Shown here: positions 46,270 through 58,037 of the stretch, in pieces
Position numbering within the stretch: the first letter of the stretch is position 1
Layout of the letters: every line of letters begins with the position of its first letter
Assembly: GCA_010015805.1 (NCBI GenBank)
Contig: ML978138.1
Span: 62,001-126,000, forward strand
Direction of reading: 5' to 3'
From: Rhizodiscina lignyota
Lineage: Eukaryota
Length of the DNA: 64,000 nucleotides
Position numbers and translations under genes: made by a program
Notes under the pieces: model-generated
Databases searched by the model: none
What the model was told of the DNA's origin: nothing
The model's input: the letters and a program-made list of their open reading frames with translations, nothing else

Positions 46270-48957
46270 CTACCGCTGCACTCGCCCATCCAAGTCCTCA
46301 ACGACCAACCACACCATCCATCCACTCCCGGTCTTCCCCGCGGGGATTGAACGAATCAGACCCGCGATTTCCTTAGTCTGTGCGTTCCTGTCGTGCTTCC
46401 AATCCTTTATAGAGTCCTTATATCTTTGCACCTCCTGCTTTAACTGGTCCTTACCCTCCTTCTGCCTCCTCCTGAACTCCTCTTGCGCGTGCTTCATCTC
46501 TCTCCTCCCGACATTATGGTTTCCATGCTTCCACTCCCTCTTGCCACGATTGTACTCCTTCTTCATCGCCCTACACGCGCGCCTGGCATCCTTTTTGTAC
46601 ATCTTGAAGCTGTACTTCCCCTCCGCTTTGAGCTTATCGGTCTGCGCCTTTGCCAGATCGTTCGCTTTCTTCTGCTGGATCTTCACCACGTCGCGCTCCT
46701 TGGCCTTCTCTCCGAGTGACAGGGTATCATCACGCGCCTTGCGTTCAATGCTGTCAACACGGCGGAGATACTCCCGCTCTGCATCGAAACGCTCGGTTTC
46801 GGCCTCATCTGCGGAGCTCTCGCTATCTGAATCGGAGTCCGAGTCGGACGATGAGCTGGACGATGAGCTGGACGAAGAGTCGTCATCCCGATCATGTCGT
46901 CGGCGATGACGGCCACCATGACGACCACCTCGCCGGCCACCGCGTCGACCATCACTACGACATCCGCCACGACCACCGTCCAAAGCCTCCTCTTGTTCGA
47001 ATGGATCAGCAGGGGAACCAAAAAAGCCGCGTCGTCCGAGAGGGCCATAAGGCCCAAAGGGACCATTAGGACCAAGCGGTCCATGACCAAGGGGCCCATG
47101 GGGATGAGGAGCTTGCTGTCCGTTCAGACCAACACCATACTGAAAATGTGGAACATATGGACCATGTGGATGTCGGAATGGCGCGCCCGGACCACGATGG
47201 GGCCCTAAGCCTGTAAGGCCATGCGGATGGAATGGCATAGGACCATGTGCACCAAGTCCTGGAGGGACATGTGCACCATAACCGGGAGGCGGTCCACGGC
47301 CACATCTCGAACCACCCATTCCGGCCCCTCCTCTTGTCCATGGACCTCCACCTCTTCGTCCGTCTCTCCCTCTCCTCCCAATCCTACCACGGCCCAGTCG
47401 CCTCTCCTCCACCTCTTCGTCGCCAGCCTCATCATCCTCATCCTGCCATTCACGTTCATTGCCGTTCTCTCTCGCTTCTCTCGCTTCCCTCTCTTCCCTG
47501 TCCCAACTCGAATCGCCCGTAAACCTTCTCTCTAGTCTCCTCCCCACATTCTCTCCCCACGTCTCCGCCCTGCGGCCTAGATTCTCGCCTCTCTCGCCCC
47601 ATTTCCGACCAAAATCCTCGCCCCACTTGCCCCACTTGCGGCCTTGGGTTTCGCCCCAGCGGTCCCATCTGTTGCCCTGGTCTTCGCCCCAGCGACTCCA
47701 GTACCGATTGATATTATCTCCCCAATCGGCCCAGGATTGAGCGTATGGATCTACAGCCCCTTGCTGTCCTTGCTGTCCTGGGTTATAGCCATCTTGCGAA
47801 CCCTCCTCGACAGTGTCGAGTGGAGGTGCTGTGGCTGCTGTGGTTGGTTGTGCCCTGGCGGGATCGATTGTGTGGTATGAGGGGAGGGAGCTGTTAGTGA
47901 AGACGGTATCTCTGTTTCCAGGCTGTGTGGGGATTGTGCCAGTCTGTTGCTCTGGGCCAGCAGAGTTGCCCACTGGACGCCTCTGCAGCTCTGCATGATC
48001 AGGGCTGGCAGCGAATACATTGCTCGTCGGGCTTGCGGGAGCGGGAACATCCCAGCTCAGCGTTTCGGTGTACGGCTCCAAGGCTTTGCTGGCCACTTTG
48101 GCATCTTCGGCTTTCCAGACTGCCTTTCGAAGCTTATTTATGATCTGTCGCTCCGATCGATCTCTCGGAAGTGGAAGGAGGTATATGAGTTGTGGTAGCG
48201 TCCGAAGTGTTGCTTGTAGCTTGCGTGGAGCGAAGAAAGTGGCGTTTGCGCGATCGAAATATCTCTGAAGGATATCCGACGCAGGTGGTGGGGTTTCGCC
48301 TACTGGATCCGCAAGGTGCAGAAGCGCTTGCTGTGCCTCGATTGGGCTCGGAGCAGATGAGAGGAGCGTGTTGATACCATCGATGAACATCATGAATTCG
48401 CCGGGATTTATGCTGTGAGAATGGAGGCCCTTGCAATATGCGCGTGCAAAGCCGGTTGTCTCTGGAGAATAGGCTGGTGGAATGACGATTCTGCGGGCAA
48501 GCTGCCCTGCGTAGCGAATATCAGCATCTGGTCGGTTTCGTGAAAACGAGAGAATATCGCTAAGTAGTGCATTGATGCGGTTCGCCTCGGCGCTGCCAGT
48601 CGTCGCTCCCCTGGCTGGTGTAGGGAAGCCATTTTGTGTATTTCCTTGCGGATGGTTGTTTGTGCTCTGACTAGGTTCGAGAACTAGTCGCCGTATCTCC
48701 AGGTCGTTTGGATTCGGGCTAGCTGGGCTTCGGTCGCCGGTGCTTGCGTGCGAGAGCGCCTCCGCTTGTGCTTCCTCGTACGTGGGAGGAAGGTCGTCGT
48801 CGCCGTCTAGGTGGCGTGAGCTCGAAGGGGTGAGGATTTGATTGCCATCATGCTGCTCGAAATCCGAGTCGTCGAAGTCTTCGGGGACAGTCGTAGCGCG
48901 GGGTTGGAAGGGTCGATTCGTTAGTATCGGGGGAGGAGTTGACGGAGCCTTCTCCAT
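46270..48957 (-). CDS. Hypothetical 895-aa low-complexity protein (PY motifs, Trp-Gly 11-mer repeats, Gly/Pro/His region, basic coiled tail)
   Basis: Long uninterrupted ORF with FARAY..L..FIDG.N, N..FFAPR and C-terminal WLVV segments that recall an uncharacterised fungal family. Confidence 0.8.
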   Translation of the reverse strand: MEKAPSTPPPILTNRPFQPRATTVPEDFDDSDFEQHDGNQILTPSSSRHLDGDDDLPPTYEEAQAEALSHASTGDRSPASPNPNDLEIRRLVLEPSQSTNNHPQGNTQNGFPTPARGATTGSAEANRINALLSDILSFSRNRPDADIRYAGQLARRIVIPPAYSPETTGFARAYCKGLHSHSINPGEFMMFIDGINTLLSSAPSPIEAQQALLHLADPVGETPPPASDILQRYFDRANATFFAPRKLQATLRTLPQLIYLLPLPRDRSERQIINKLRKAVWKAEDAKVASKALEPYTETLSWDVPAPASPTSNVFAASPDHAELQRRPVGNSAGPEQQTGTIPTQPGNRDTVFTNSSLPSYHTIDPARAQPTTAATAPPLDTVEEGSQDGYNPGQQGQQGAVDPYAQSWADWGDNINRYWSRWGEDQGNRWDRWGETQGRKWGKWGEDFGRKWGERGENLGRRAETWGENVGRRLERRFTGDSSWDREEREAREARENGNEREWQDEDDEAGDEEVEERRLGRGRIGRRGRDGRRGGGPWTRGGAGMGGSRCGRGPPPGYGAHVPPGLGAHGPMPFHPHGLTGLGPHRGPGAPFRHPHGPYVPHFQYGVGLNGQQAPHPHGPLGHGPLGPNGPFGPYGPLGRRGFFGSPADPFEQEEALDGGRGGCRSDGRRGGRRGGRHGGRHRRRHDRDDDSSSSSSSSSSSDSDSDSDSESSADEAETERFDAEREYLRRVDSIERKARDDTLSLGEKAKERDVVKIQQKKANDLAKAQTDKLKAEGKYSFKMYKKDARRACRAMKKEYNRGKREWKHGNHNVGRREMKHAQEEFRRRQKEGKDQLKQEVQRYKDSIKDWKHDRNAQTKEIAGLIRSIPAGKTGSGWMVWLVVEDLDGRVQR

Positions 48958-50540
48958 CGTGTCCAGGGAGACTCAATTCCGATGGTAGGTTATTCTCAAT
49001 ATTGTAGGAAAGGAATTGCAAACTTGAGAGGATGGAAAAGATAACGCAGTCGAAGTTGAGAGAGCTGTACTTATCAGACAGAAAGGGAATACGAAGTAAA
49101 AAGGGTGGAGTGAGGCTTAGCACGTTTAGTACCCGACACTCCACGAACCCAAGCTTCGATTAAAAGCCTCACAGCAACGAGTGTTGCACTTTCTCTTGGC
49201 TTCTGTGAGTCTTCGTTGCCTGCCAGCGAGCTACTGTTAGCTGCAACGGTGGTTGGTTTGCAGTGCATAATCCGCGTCATCAGACGCCCTGCTTGTGCCT
49301 GATGGCTCTGGGGTGACGCAGCTCTCGCTGCCGGTGAACACCAGGGATGCGGAGTCTCTGCGCGCCCATTGGATGAGGCGCCCGTCTCTACGCGTCGTCG
49401 GCCGCGTGTTTAACGCCGACGCGACGGAGATGGATGAAAGTGCACTGAGCAGAGGGGACTCGTACGTATGCTTTAACTCTCTAAGTAATGGTAAGGAAGC
49501 TTGATCAGCTCAAGCTCATAGTGAACAGATTTCACTTGCTTCTTTCACATTGCTCACTCGCTCGACAAACAGCAAAGTTAATGTTCAGGGGATGTCGCAA
49601 GAGCCGGGGGAACAATTTGAAGGCTGCACGAAGCAGCGAAGGGCATTCTCCTCTGAAGGCTAGCATTGTTAAGAGCTGAAGAGAGAGATGTGGACAGAGT
49701 CGTCTACCGGATCACAAAGGTTAGGGAGGCTTAAAATTATATTGACCTCACAGCTATGAACAGGTTCGCTGTCTCCCGGAGAGTCCTTTGTACCGGCGAC
49801 ACTGTAAATCAACCCAGTCCTTTGAAATCTCTGGAAAACCAGCGTTTCGCGTGCCACAAACCGGATACTCCAATAGTCGAGGACTTTCAATGAAAGGTGT
49901 CCTCTGGTCTGACGCCGCTCTCGTCAACAAGAATGCACTTTTAAGGGAAATTCGGGCGTGAACAGCTCCGAGGATATTTTCAAAGCTGTTCTGGTAAGAT
50001 TTGTGGCGCTCGCATACTTCCTACAGCCCAGCAAAGCTTTTGTATAAACTTGTACCATCGGCCTGCTCGATACGTGTAACGATACCTTTCACGATGGCGA
50101 GAATAGCTGTGATAGCATTGCGTGGAGACATTAGAAAAGAGTACGTCGTCCAGCCACAGGCCTTGTATCATATGATATATCAGCACTAAGCATACACTTC
50201 TTGCTCTGTATATGGCCTCGAAAGCAAATCACGATACGAGATCAGGGCAGGGCTAGGGGAACTTCCTTTATCCCTTAACTCGAAAGCTCAAGCCGTGTTA
50301 GATCGCCTACTGCGCCGCTGCCTGGGTCGATTTCTGCGTAGTACGGATTTCACCGATGAGATCAAGCGGTTCGGTCATTCGCCTGGCGACTCATGATATG
50401 TAGCACACATACTGTTGATCGGATTCCTGCAATGAAGACAGCATTTTTCATATGTGCGGCCTTAACTAGCGTTCATCCTACCCTTCAAGTTTGTAAACAA
50501 GTATGATAAACCCTCCGCTAGTATTCTTATTGTACACCTA

Positions 50541-51122
50541 CTACGCTCCTTCGCTCTTAACCCTTTCTTTCACCTTCGCCAACCTTTCCAAATTCTCCTT
50601 CGACCAAACCTCCTTCACATCGTACTGTTCCTTCACCGATCTAGCTCCCTCAGGTATAGCGTACCAAGGCAACTTCGTGCTCGTGAAGATGTGCATATCT
50701 GGCGTGAGCCATTCTGGATACTTGTCCAGTGTCCCAGTCCTCACGAAACGCATATGCCGTCCGAAGTTTGGGTAGTGCGAGAAGATGGCGATATAGCACG
50801 ACCCGCATCTTGCACTTGGAGACGTCAATTGAGCCTCATTTTATCGCACGCTCGCGGAATTGGATTTAAAAGCTCACATCTTCTGCGCTCTGCCACTCGC
50901 GCCGGGCGTGTCGACAAGTAGCATCTCACCCTCTCCCGCTGTGATGGTGACATTCTCCGTCTCGATGGCATAATTCGTCGCATGAGCAGTGCCAGTCTCG
51001 CGCTGGCAGTAAGTACAGTGGCAGGCATTGACGGCCATCGGTGGAGCTTCAAGTCTGCATCGAAGCTTACCGCACGCACAGCCGCCTTCGAGTGGAGTAA
51101 ATGGGGTTGGCGCTTCAGGCAT
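50541..51122 (-). CDS. GFA/CENP-V (glutathione-dependent formaldehyde-activating) family protein; intron 50815-50877
   Basis: LEGGCACG, CHCTYCQR, RCGSC, GTLD and PDMHIFTSTKLPW motifs. Confidence 0.92.
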
Positions 51123-53135
51123 ACCGAAATCGTTGAATTGGGGAGAAATTGATATGAATTGAGACGGCTGCTATCAGCGAATGTGAAAGGTTTGGTGGGA
51201 ACAAAGTACAGTGGAGAGGAGAATTGCGAGATGCCATTTCGAAGGACCTCGGAGACTTAGAAGATCTACGGATATACGGTGAGCACGCAACGCTGTCTCT
51301 TGAGGTTTCTTGAGTCACAGCTGTTCACGATGGTAACTGCAAATTCTTGGCTCCAAATGAAAACGCTCGTTTGTGACATACAATGGTCCAAGCAAAAGCA
51401 GGTCGGAGTTGAGGAAATGGAGTGTATCGCAACCGGCCAATCGCTCGTTGCTGGAGCCTGGTGTGCCGTGCCTTCCTTATGGATGTCTCCGAATGCAGAC
51501 GTCGAACTCCGATTCACGCCCTGCCGAAGTACAAAAGCGCGCAAACAAGCCTCGACGGCGCCGTTTTCAAGGTCTGGCATGCAAGCGATGACTCCTTTCG
51601 ACTTGCCGCTTCTTGTAAACTTGGTAGGGCGTCACTGACCCTGCATCAAAGAGTGACATTGGTAAGCAGCAATTCAAGCCCCCGCCCATCGCGAACCACT
51701 TCGAGATTATTGTTCGGCAGCAATTCATGTCCTTGCAAGCCGCTTTATTGGTTTATTATGTCTGGGGAAGGAATACTTGTTCCACTGTTCAATTGATCAT
51801 CAAAGTTGCGTTGAGTGGTCCCAGGTCGATTTCAAATATCGTATGGACGAACAATGCAGTTACGAAAGTGTCTCGTGCTAAATATGTTCTTGGGTGCATT
51901 TCTTCTGCTAAGAGCGAATAATAGACAAGGTTCCTGAGAGCTTACACAGCACTTTTCGGAGTCCAGTACCGTCACGGCCGTCGTGATCACCAGTCAGGCT
52001 GACAGGCATATGATGGCGGAACAGCTGCGTCGATGGTTACGGAAAAGTTGAGCCATGAAGAGTCACGTTCAAGCATCAATACCCGGGCCTTCTAGGTTGT
52101 CTACGCCCCTCAGTCAAGACAGTTCAGGGCCGTGGAAGCTGTACACTTCTAACACATGGCGTCGAAAGCATACCAAATCAAGCCTCCAGAGGTGCTCTTG
52201 CTGGCGCTGAAGAAGGAATATCATTTCTGCAATGTTCATTCGAGTTTCGGGCGAGTCGACTTTTCCTCACCCCTGAGCCAGCATACCGCGACTCCTTATT
52301 GGCGTGACTGTGCGGACGTACTGAAAGCCATCGTCTTACAACCGAAATGAGGCATTAGGATCGGAGCTTAACGATTCAAAGTTTGATCGCCGATTTGTGA
52401 CCAGACGGAACTTCTCGAACTCCACGTGCCTGCGAGGACTTCGCTCGATTTTCGCCCAGCAGGGCCAGTCCCACAATAATGGCGGAAATCCCACTAAAGC
52501 TAATGAGGAAATGTTTAGAGCGACATCTTCAGCGTCAAACTCCTCGCCGTCCTGACCGGTCTTGAATATATTGCGCCATGTTCAGCATCCATCATCTCAC
52601 CGTCATGATGTTCGCCATCTCAAAGCACTCAAACGCCATTGGTAATTGTCTCAAGCCGGTGATTGTTAATCGGCCTCTTGCAAGCATTTGTATGTAAGTC
52701 GCCCAGAGAGGCAAATCTTATACCGATGGGCACCAAGTGGGGTCTGAGCGTTCCCCGGGTGTGTGCATGTTCGTTCTCCTTGCCGTGCAGATGGTGTGAA
52801 GGTGACTCAGGCAGAATCTTGCTCACAGAACATGAAAAGGGCGCGAGCCCTGGACATGTATGCCTGCTTTCGCAATGGTCATCTACATCCACGGGTCCTC
52901 TTTCAAGTCGTGTGATACTCGTTCTCTTTTTACTCAGTCAATTTCTCATTGCAGGTTGTCTTCATTGACGTGACGTGCCCTTGATATCAGCGCGCATCCC
53001 CCGCAATCGAAGCAATTCCCTGTCCCGATCTAGCGCAAACCACCTGTATCAAAGATAAAGAGCTGTGCGGGGAGAGGGCCACACAGGTGGACGAAGCTTT
53101 CACAAGACTGCAAGCGGTCACACGTGCCTCTCGCC

Positions 53136-54902
53136 ATGACTTCACCAGTCACCTTCCCACCTGCCTCGATGCCCGCCATCTCCTTTCAATCGCCGCGACC
53201 TCTCGCGCTGGACTTGAAGATGAGGAACATATCACTGCTCAATAAGCCGCATATCGACGTCCAATTGAATCGCACGGAAGGCATCTATGGCGAGTACATT
53301 ACATCCTTTGTCACACTGGACCAGATCGAGGGCATGGTACATATCTCGGCGAAGCATGATACCAAATTCGATGATATCGAGATTGCCTTTGTCGGTGAGT
53401 CTCAATCCTTCAATTAATTGCTATCTCAATCCATTACCAGCTCCCACATTATATGAAATCCATGAAATCTAACCCCCCCCCTAGGCATAACAAAGACCTT
53501 CGTCGACCGCCTCTCCGCTGCCCCAACCCTCTCCGGCCGCGCAGAAGCAACGCACCGCTTCCTCCGCCTCATCCAACCCATGAACCCCGACCTCTTCCCC
53601 ACCCCTCGAATCCTCGAAGCAGGTCGCACCTACTCCTTCCCCTTCACCTTCGTCGTGCCCGACCGGCTCCTCCCACGCGCCTGCCCGCACCGCGTGCGCA
53701 ACGACCACATCCGGGAGCAGCACCTACAACTCCCCCCATCGCTAGGTGAGGCCGAGCTGTCAGGCTACGGTGGGAAGCTGCTCGACGACTTGGCGCCAGA
53801 GATGGCGAAAATCACATACGCAGTGCGGGTGACGATCTCGCGAACAAAGGAGCGCGAGGACGACGACATCGAGACCATCATCGCGGAGAAGAGCCGCAAG
53901 ATACGCATCAAGCCGTCCTTCGACGAGCACCCTCCTCTCTCGATCAACCCCGCCGAAGACGAGTACTCCCTCCGCACAGAGAAGTCCGTCCGCCGCGGGC
54001 TGCTACGTCCCAAGACCGGGCGCCTGGTCATGGAGTCCGCGCAGCCCCGCGCACTCATGCTGCCCCACCGCAACCCCGACCCCATGGTGACCACGATGCT
54101 GCGCGTGAACCTACGCTTCGACCCCGTCGACGAGGCTCAAGAGCCGCCGAAGCTGTGCAACCTCGTCAGCAAGATGAAGGTGACGACGTTCTTCGCGTCC
54201 GCGCCTCGGCATGTCGTGCCAGTGCGCGCGAATACGCAGATGGACTTCTCCCAGGGCTTCCACGCGCAGACAGTGCCGCTCGCGCAGCGCTGCGTGTCGA
54301 ACATCGCATGGATGCGGCACACGCCGTCGTCGCGCAACTCGTCGACTTCGACAACGCCCGAGCCATCGAGCCCAATCGAGCGTCGGGATTCGGCGTTGAG
54401 CAATGGGTCGGCGTCGCTGGATCTGACGCACCAGGCGTCTGCAAGTAGCGCGTACAGCGAGGACCGCTGCGCGACATACCACACTGCGCACGTCCTGGTC
54501 CCGATCTCCCTCCCGCCAACGAAGAACTTCGTCCCCACCTTCCACACCTGCCTGATCTCGCGCGTCTACGCCATCTCGCTCCACCTCTCCCTCGCCAGCT
54601 CAAAAGCGTCTCCCTCACAAACGTTATCCCTCCGCGTACCCATCCAAATCGCGCAGGAGGGCAGTCCCGCGCACGAACACGCGCGGCGGATGAGCATGCG
54701 CATGGAGGAGGCGGGGTGGGAGGTCGACGAAGTGTTTGAGCCGCGGCGGATGACGGTGGTGGGAGAGGAGGTGCTGGGCAGAAATGAGGCGCTTGGTGGT
54801 AGCGGTGGGGAGCAGCCGCCAGGGTATGAGGTTTTCGGTGGTGCGGCTGGGGTGCCGGGGTATACGAGGAATGTGGGGTTTGGGGTTATGGTTGTGGGAT
54901 GA
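53136..54902 (+). CDS. Arrestin-like (arrestin N-domain/Bul1-like) adaptor protein; intron 53395-53484
   Basis: DQIEGMV..I.FVG/ITKT, YSFPFTFVVP, LPPSLG, DDLAPEMAKITY, PTFHTCLISRVY and a C-terminal PPGY motif. Confidence 0.88.
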
Positions 54903-54939
54903 GGGCGCGATGATGCAGTGTTGGATAGGAGATGGAGGA

Positions 54940-55240
54940 TCCGATTTTGAAGACTTGATGAAGAGGTCATGTTTCATGCAGAGGCTCCTCAGGTGACTGG
55001 GCGGTTGTGGCCAAGGCTGGGGCAGCTTGCTTTGAAGGCCATCGAAGGTATTGAGGGTAAAGGGGAATGCATCGAAGTCAAAATCAGGGGTATTTCTCTT
55101 GTACAGTTTTCCATGCCTGGCAGGCATGGAGGTCTTCGGATGATGGCGTCAGATGGGTTGCTTGGGTTTCTTTCGGAGTTTGTTGGGAACGGTCTGGGAT
55201 TTTCACGATGGAACGGGATACGACGAGGATTTCGAGATAC
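54940..55240 (-). repeat. Decayed inverted copy of the 5' region (about 57790-58250) of the gene at 58038
   Basis: The reverse complement of 55083-55137 matches 58049-58103 at 46/55 positions, and gapped similarity continues on both sides. Translations: MPARHGKLYKRN vs MPATHGKLHKRN. Confidence 0.85.
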
Positions 55241-55495
55241 CCAAAATGATCTAGCCTACGATGATAGGCTCGGTCAGCAGTAACAGTTCGGCAGAAAATA
55301 CCCTAAAATGGCGCCTGGGTTGGGGTTTACGATGGGTCTCGGGTTGATAAATTGCAGACTGATAATTTTTGTAATTCTTGGTTCAACACTAGTACATAAT
55401 TCGATTAGTATGAATGGGAGGCGCTCTTAATACATCTGATCCACCTTGAATTGGCCCTTGCGATTTAGAATGGCGGAATGATAAATGGTGAGTCG

Positions 55496-56171
55496 TTAAG
55501 CTGCAGCTTTCGTCCAGAGATTGACCAGTGGACCGTCGGAACCATAGAGTGGATCGCACTGCGGTATCGGGACAGATCTTGCGTTCTGGGCTTTGGATTC
55601 CGTCTCTTCTGGGCCGGCCTTGCACCAGTTGTTGTCCCATTTTGGACTGCCCTGGAAGTGTGTCAGTTCGACTTACAACTGAGGTGCTGCCAGAGAATGT
55701 GATTGAAAGAGCTTCGCAGTTGGGTTTGAGAGTTGACATTTTAAGCACAGGAGGCAGAATGAGTGCCGAATGATGTGAATTGGAACAGACCTTCGGATAC
55801 AACCCCATATACTCATACCCGCCATCACTGCTTAGCGAGCAATGCGCCGTCCCAGCCGGAAGGACAATAACATCTCCCTTCGCAACATCAACCTCGACGC
55901 CACCCTTCCCGTCTAGCGGGCCTTTTCCTAGCTGTAGTCGACTAGATCCTTGGTAGATGGCATAGCACTCGTGCGTGACCGAGTGGAAGTGAGAGTTCTT
56001 GTACGGTCCCCATGTCCCGCCGGTGAGCCAATCGTTCTTCTCAATGGATTCTTGGATACTGTCTGGTGTGGGGTCGGAGAAAACGTTGCGATACACGAGG
56101 ACGGGGAATTTGGAGTTTGGGACGTGGGGGGTTGGGGAGATGTAGAATGTTTCAGGATTGGTTTGGGGCAT
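55496..56171 (-). CDS. Cupin-domain protein (YjlB-like); intron 55652-55790
   Basis: PNSKFPVLVYR, HFHSVTHE and GDVIVLPAGTAH; the spliced exon GSPKWDNNWC..DPLYGSDGPL..W ends at TAA 55496. Confidence 0.92.
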
Positions 56172-58037
56172 TTTGTGCCCGTTTCAGATGTATTGGAGGG
56201 ATATGAAAGTGATGATAGAACAGACACGTATAGGGTTGAAGGATTGAAGGTGAATTAAAGATAAGAAAAGAAGCATGTCTATCATAAAACAGTTGGAGTT
56301 ACGAGCGGAGTAGAAGGTGACGCCATGGCCGGAACAAGATAAGCGATCCGATATTCCAGAAGATATGCAGTACGCCGAGATATTCAGGGAGCATAGGACT
56401 CGAGAGCTGTGAAAACGGATTCAATTGTTGGATTGCTACACTGTCGACATACTGAGGATCTTGTGTAGAGTTTGTTTTGGCATTTCCAAATCCGCGGCGA
56501 CTTATCTTTAGATAGTTTCGGGCGGAGCAAGCTCTTGGCTCTTCTCATATTCAGGCACAGGTACCTCTATTTCGGCTGTTGCCAGGTTTCAGTTAAATAT
56601 GTACCACCAGGCTTTGAAGAGCACTTTGACACGCGAGATTGAAGAGACAATCTGGGGTTCCGTGGCACGGGATTTTATCCGACGTCTGATCAAGAATTGG
56701 GCAGTCTGAGGGACGCGCACGCAACGCACGAACCCGGTAATCTTTGTAGGGCGGTGGTGTGGTGGTCCTTGACAATGTGATCTGCCGGGATGGGTTGTAA
56801 GGGCCAGGTGCTGAGCGATATAATATATCTCTCTCGCGGAATGTTTCCAAGTTGTTTCGACGACCCGCTCGGCTGGAGATAAAGGCGCGGAGGCTTGACC
56901 GTGTAGTGAATCCGCGATGATTGCGAATGCTGATACGAAGGTGCCGTGCTTCGCCATGCTCGCATCGCCACCAGGATATCGATCCGCTTTGGTTGCGTTG
57001 GTCAGCTTAGATAGCCGCCCCGACGGTGAGGAATAGCTAGAAATACCCAATCCAGGCGCGGCGCAGGTTGTTTCTGGCAGCGCGCCGAGCTCAGCTGGAT
57101 GCAGTTAGCAGTGGACATGCGCGGTGCTGGGGATTCCCCACAGCGCCCGGTATCGCATCCAGTCGCGTTGATTTGCGGACAGACGAGCGACATGGCCGGA
57201 TGGTTCGCTGTGGATGGGTGGGAAGGGGGCAGTGGAGGGCCAGATCAGATCATGCAGCTCCGGCAACGGAACGATGTGTTACCCGGCTGCACGAGCATGC
57301 GCGCCACGCAGCTGCAGCTCTGCAGCCGGATGTTTGCTCGCTGGACGGTGAAGATGTTGGCAGGCTGCGAGGCACAGACGGCGACATGTGGTGAGCAGCG
57401 GCGGGCGGGCGGGAGAGCAGGCGGACAGTGCCCGGGCGGGAGATGAGGCTCGGCGAGCAATTAATAGAGAGCAGCGCTGGGGAGATGAGGATTGGCGTTC
57501 CATGAATCATCATGTTGTCGAGATGGATATTCGAGGAGCGGTGCAGGGATTGGGCGTGGTGGGAGTGGAGTGGGTGCTGCTAGCAGCTGTCACCCACACA
57601 AGTGCCTCGCTTTGCACAGATACGAGACCTTCGACCTGACAGACCACCTGAACCCGCTGCGAGCAACTACAAGACCCAGGAACCGCCCCTCACCCTCTTT
57701 CTTTCGCATCTTGCTCTTCCAGCGTGCCCTCTGCCTCGCCGCCACGGCAGCGTACGCAGCCAACACGCCTGCGCCTCTGCACCCAGCGTCGAAGCCTCGT
57801 CTGCGTTTCGAAACACCATCCGCAACGATCCGCTGCCCGCAGGAATGCCCTTCAAACCCAGCTGACACGGTGCTAAACATTACGCACGCCGCTGGAAACA
57901 CTTGATACCGAAAGAGTTCCCATACCAGCAAACGTCAGACGCTGTTCGCTTCCGGTTCCTGCATCTTACGCACACAATGTCCAGCCCTGCACATATAACA
58001 CCACTCGACTTATAGAGCTCCTACACCCTCCGCCGTC

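Noticed and set aside
49000..52970. Many 60-125-aa ORFs around the GFA gene
   Set aside because: No recognisable domains; could hide relics but unsupported without a search.
54624..55127. 167-aa minus-strand ORF as a real paralog of the 58038 gene
   Set aside because: Protein similarity ends after about 15 codons because of indels, and the remainder is antisense to the arrestin gene; treated as a decayed duplication.
56589..57931. GC-rich overlapping ORFs upstream of 58038
   Set aside because: No motifs; more consistent with promoter or 5' UTR sequence.
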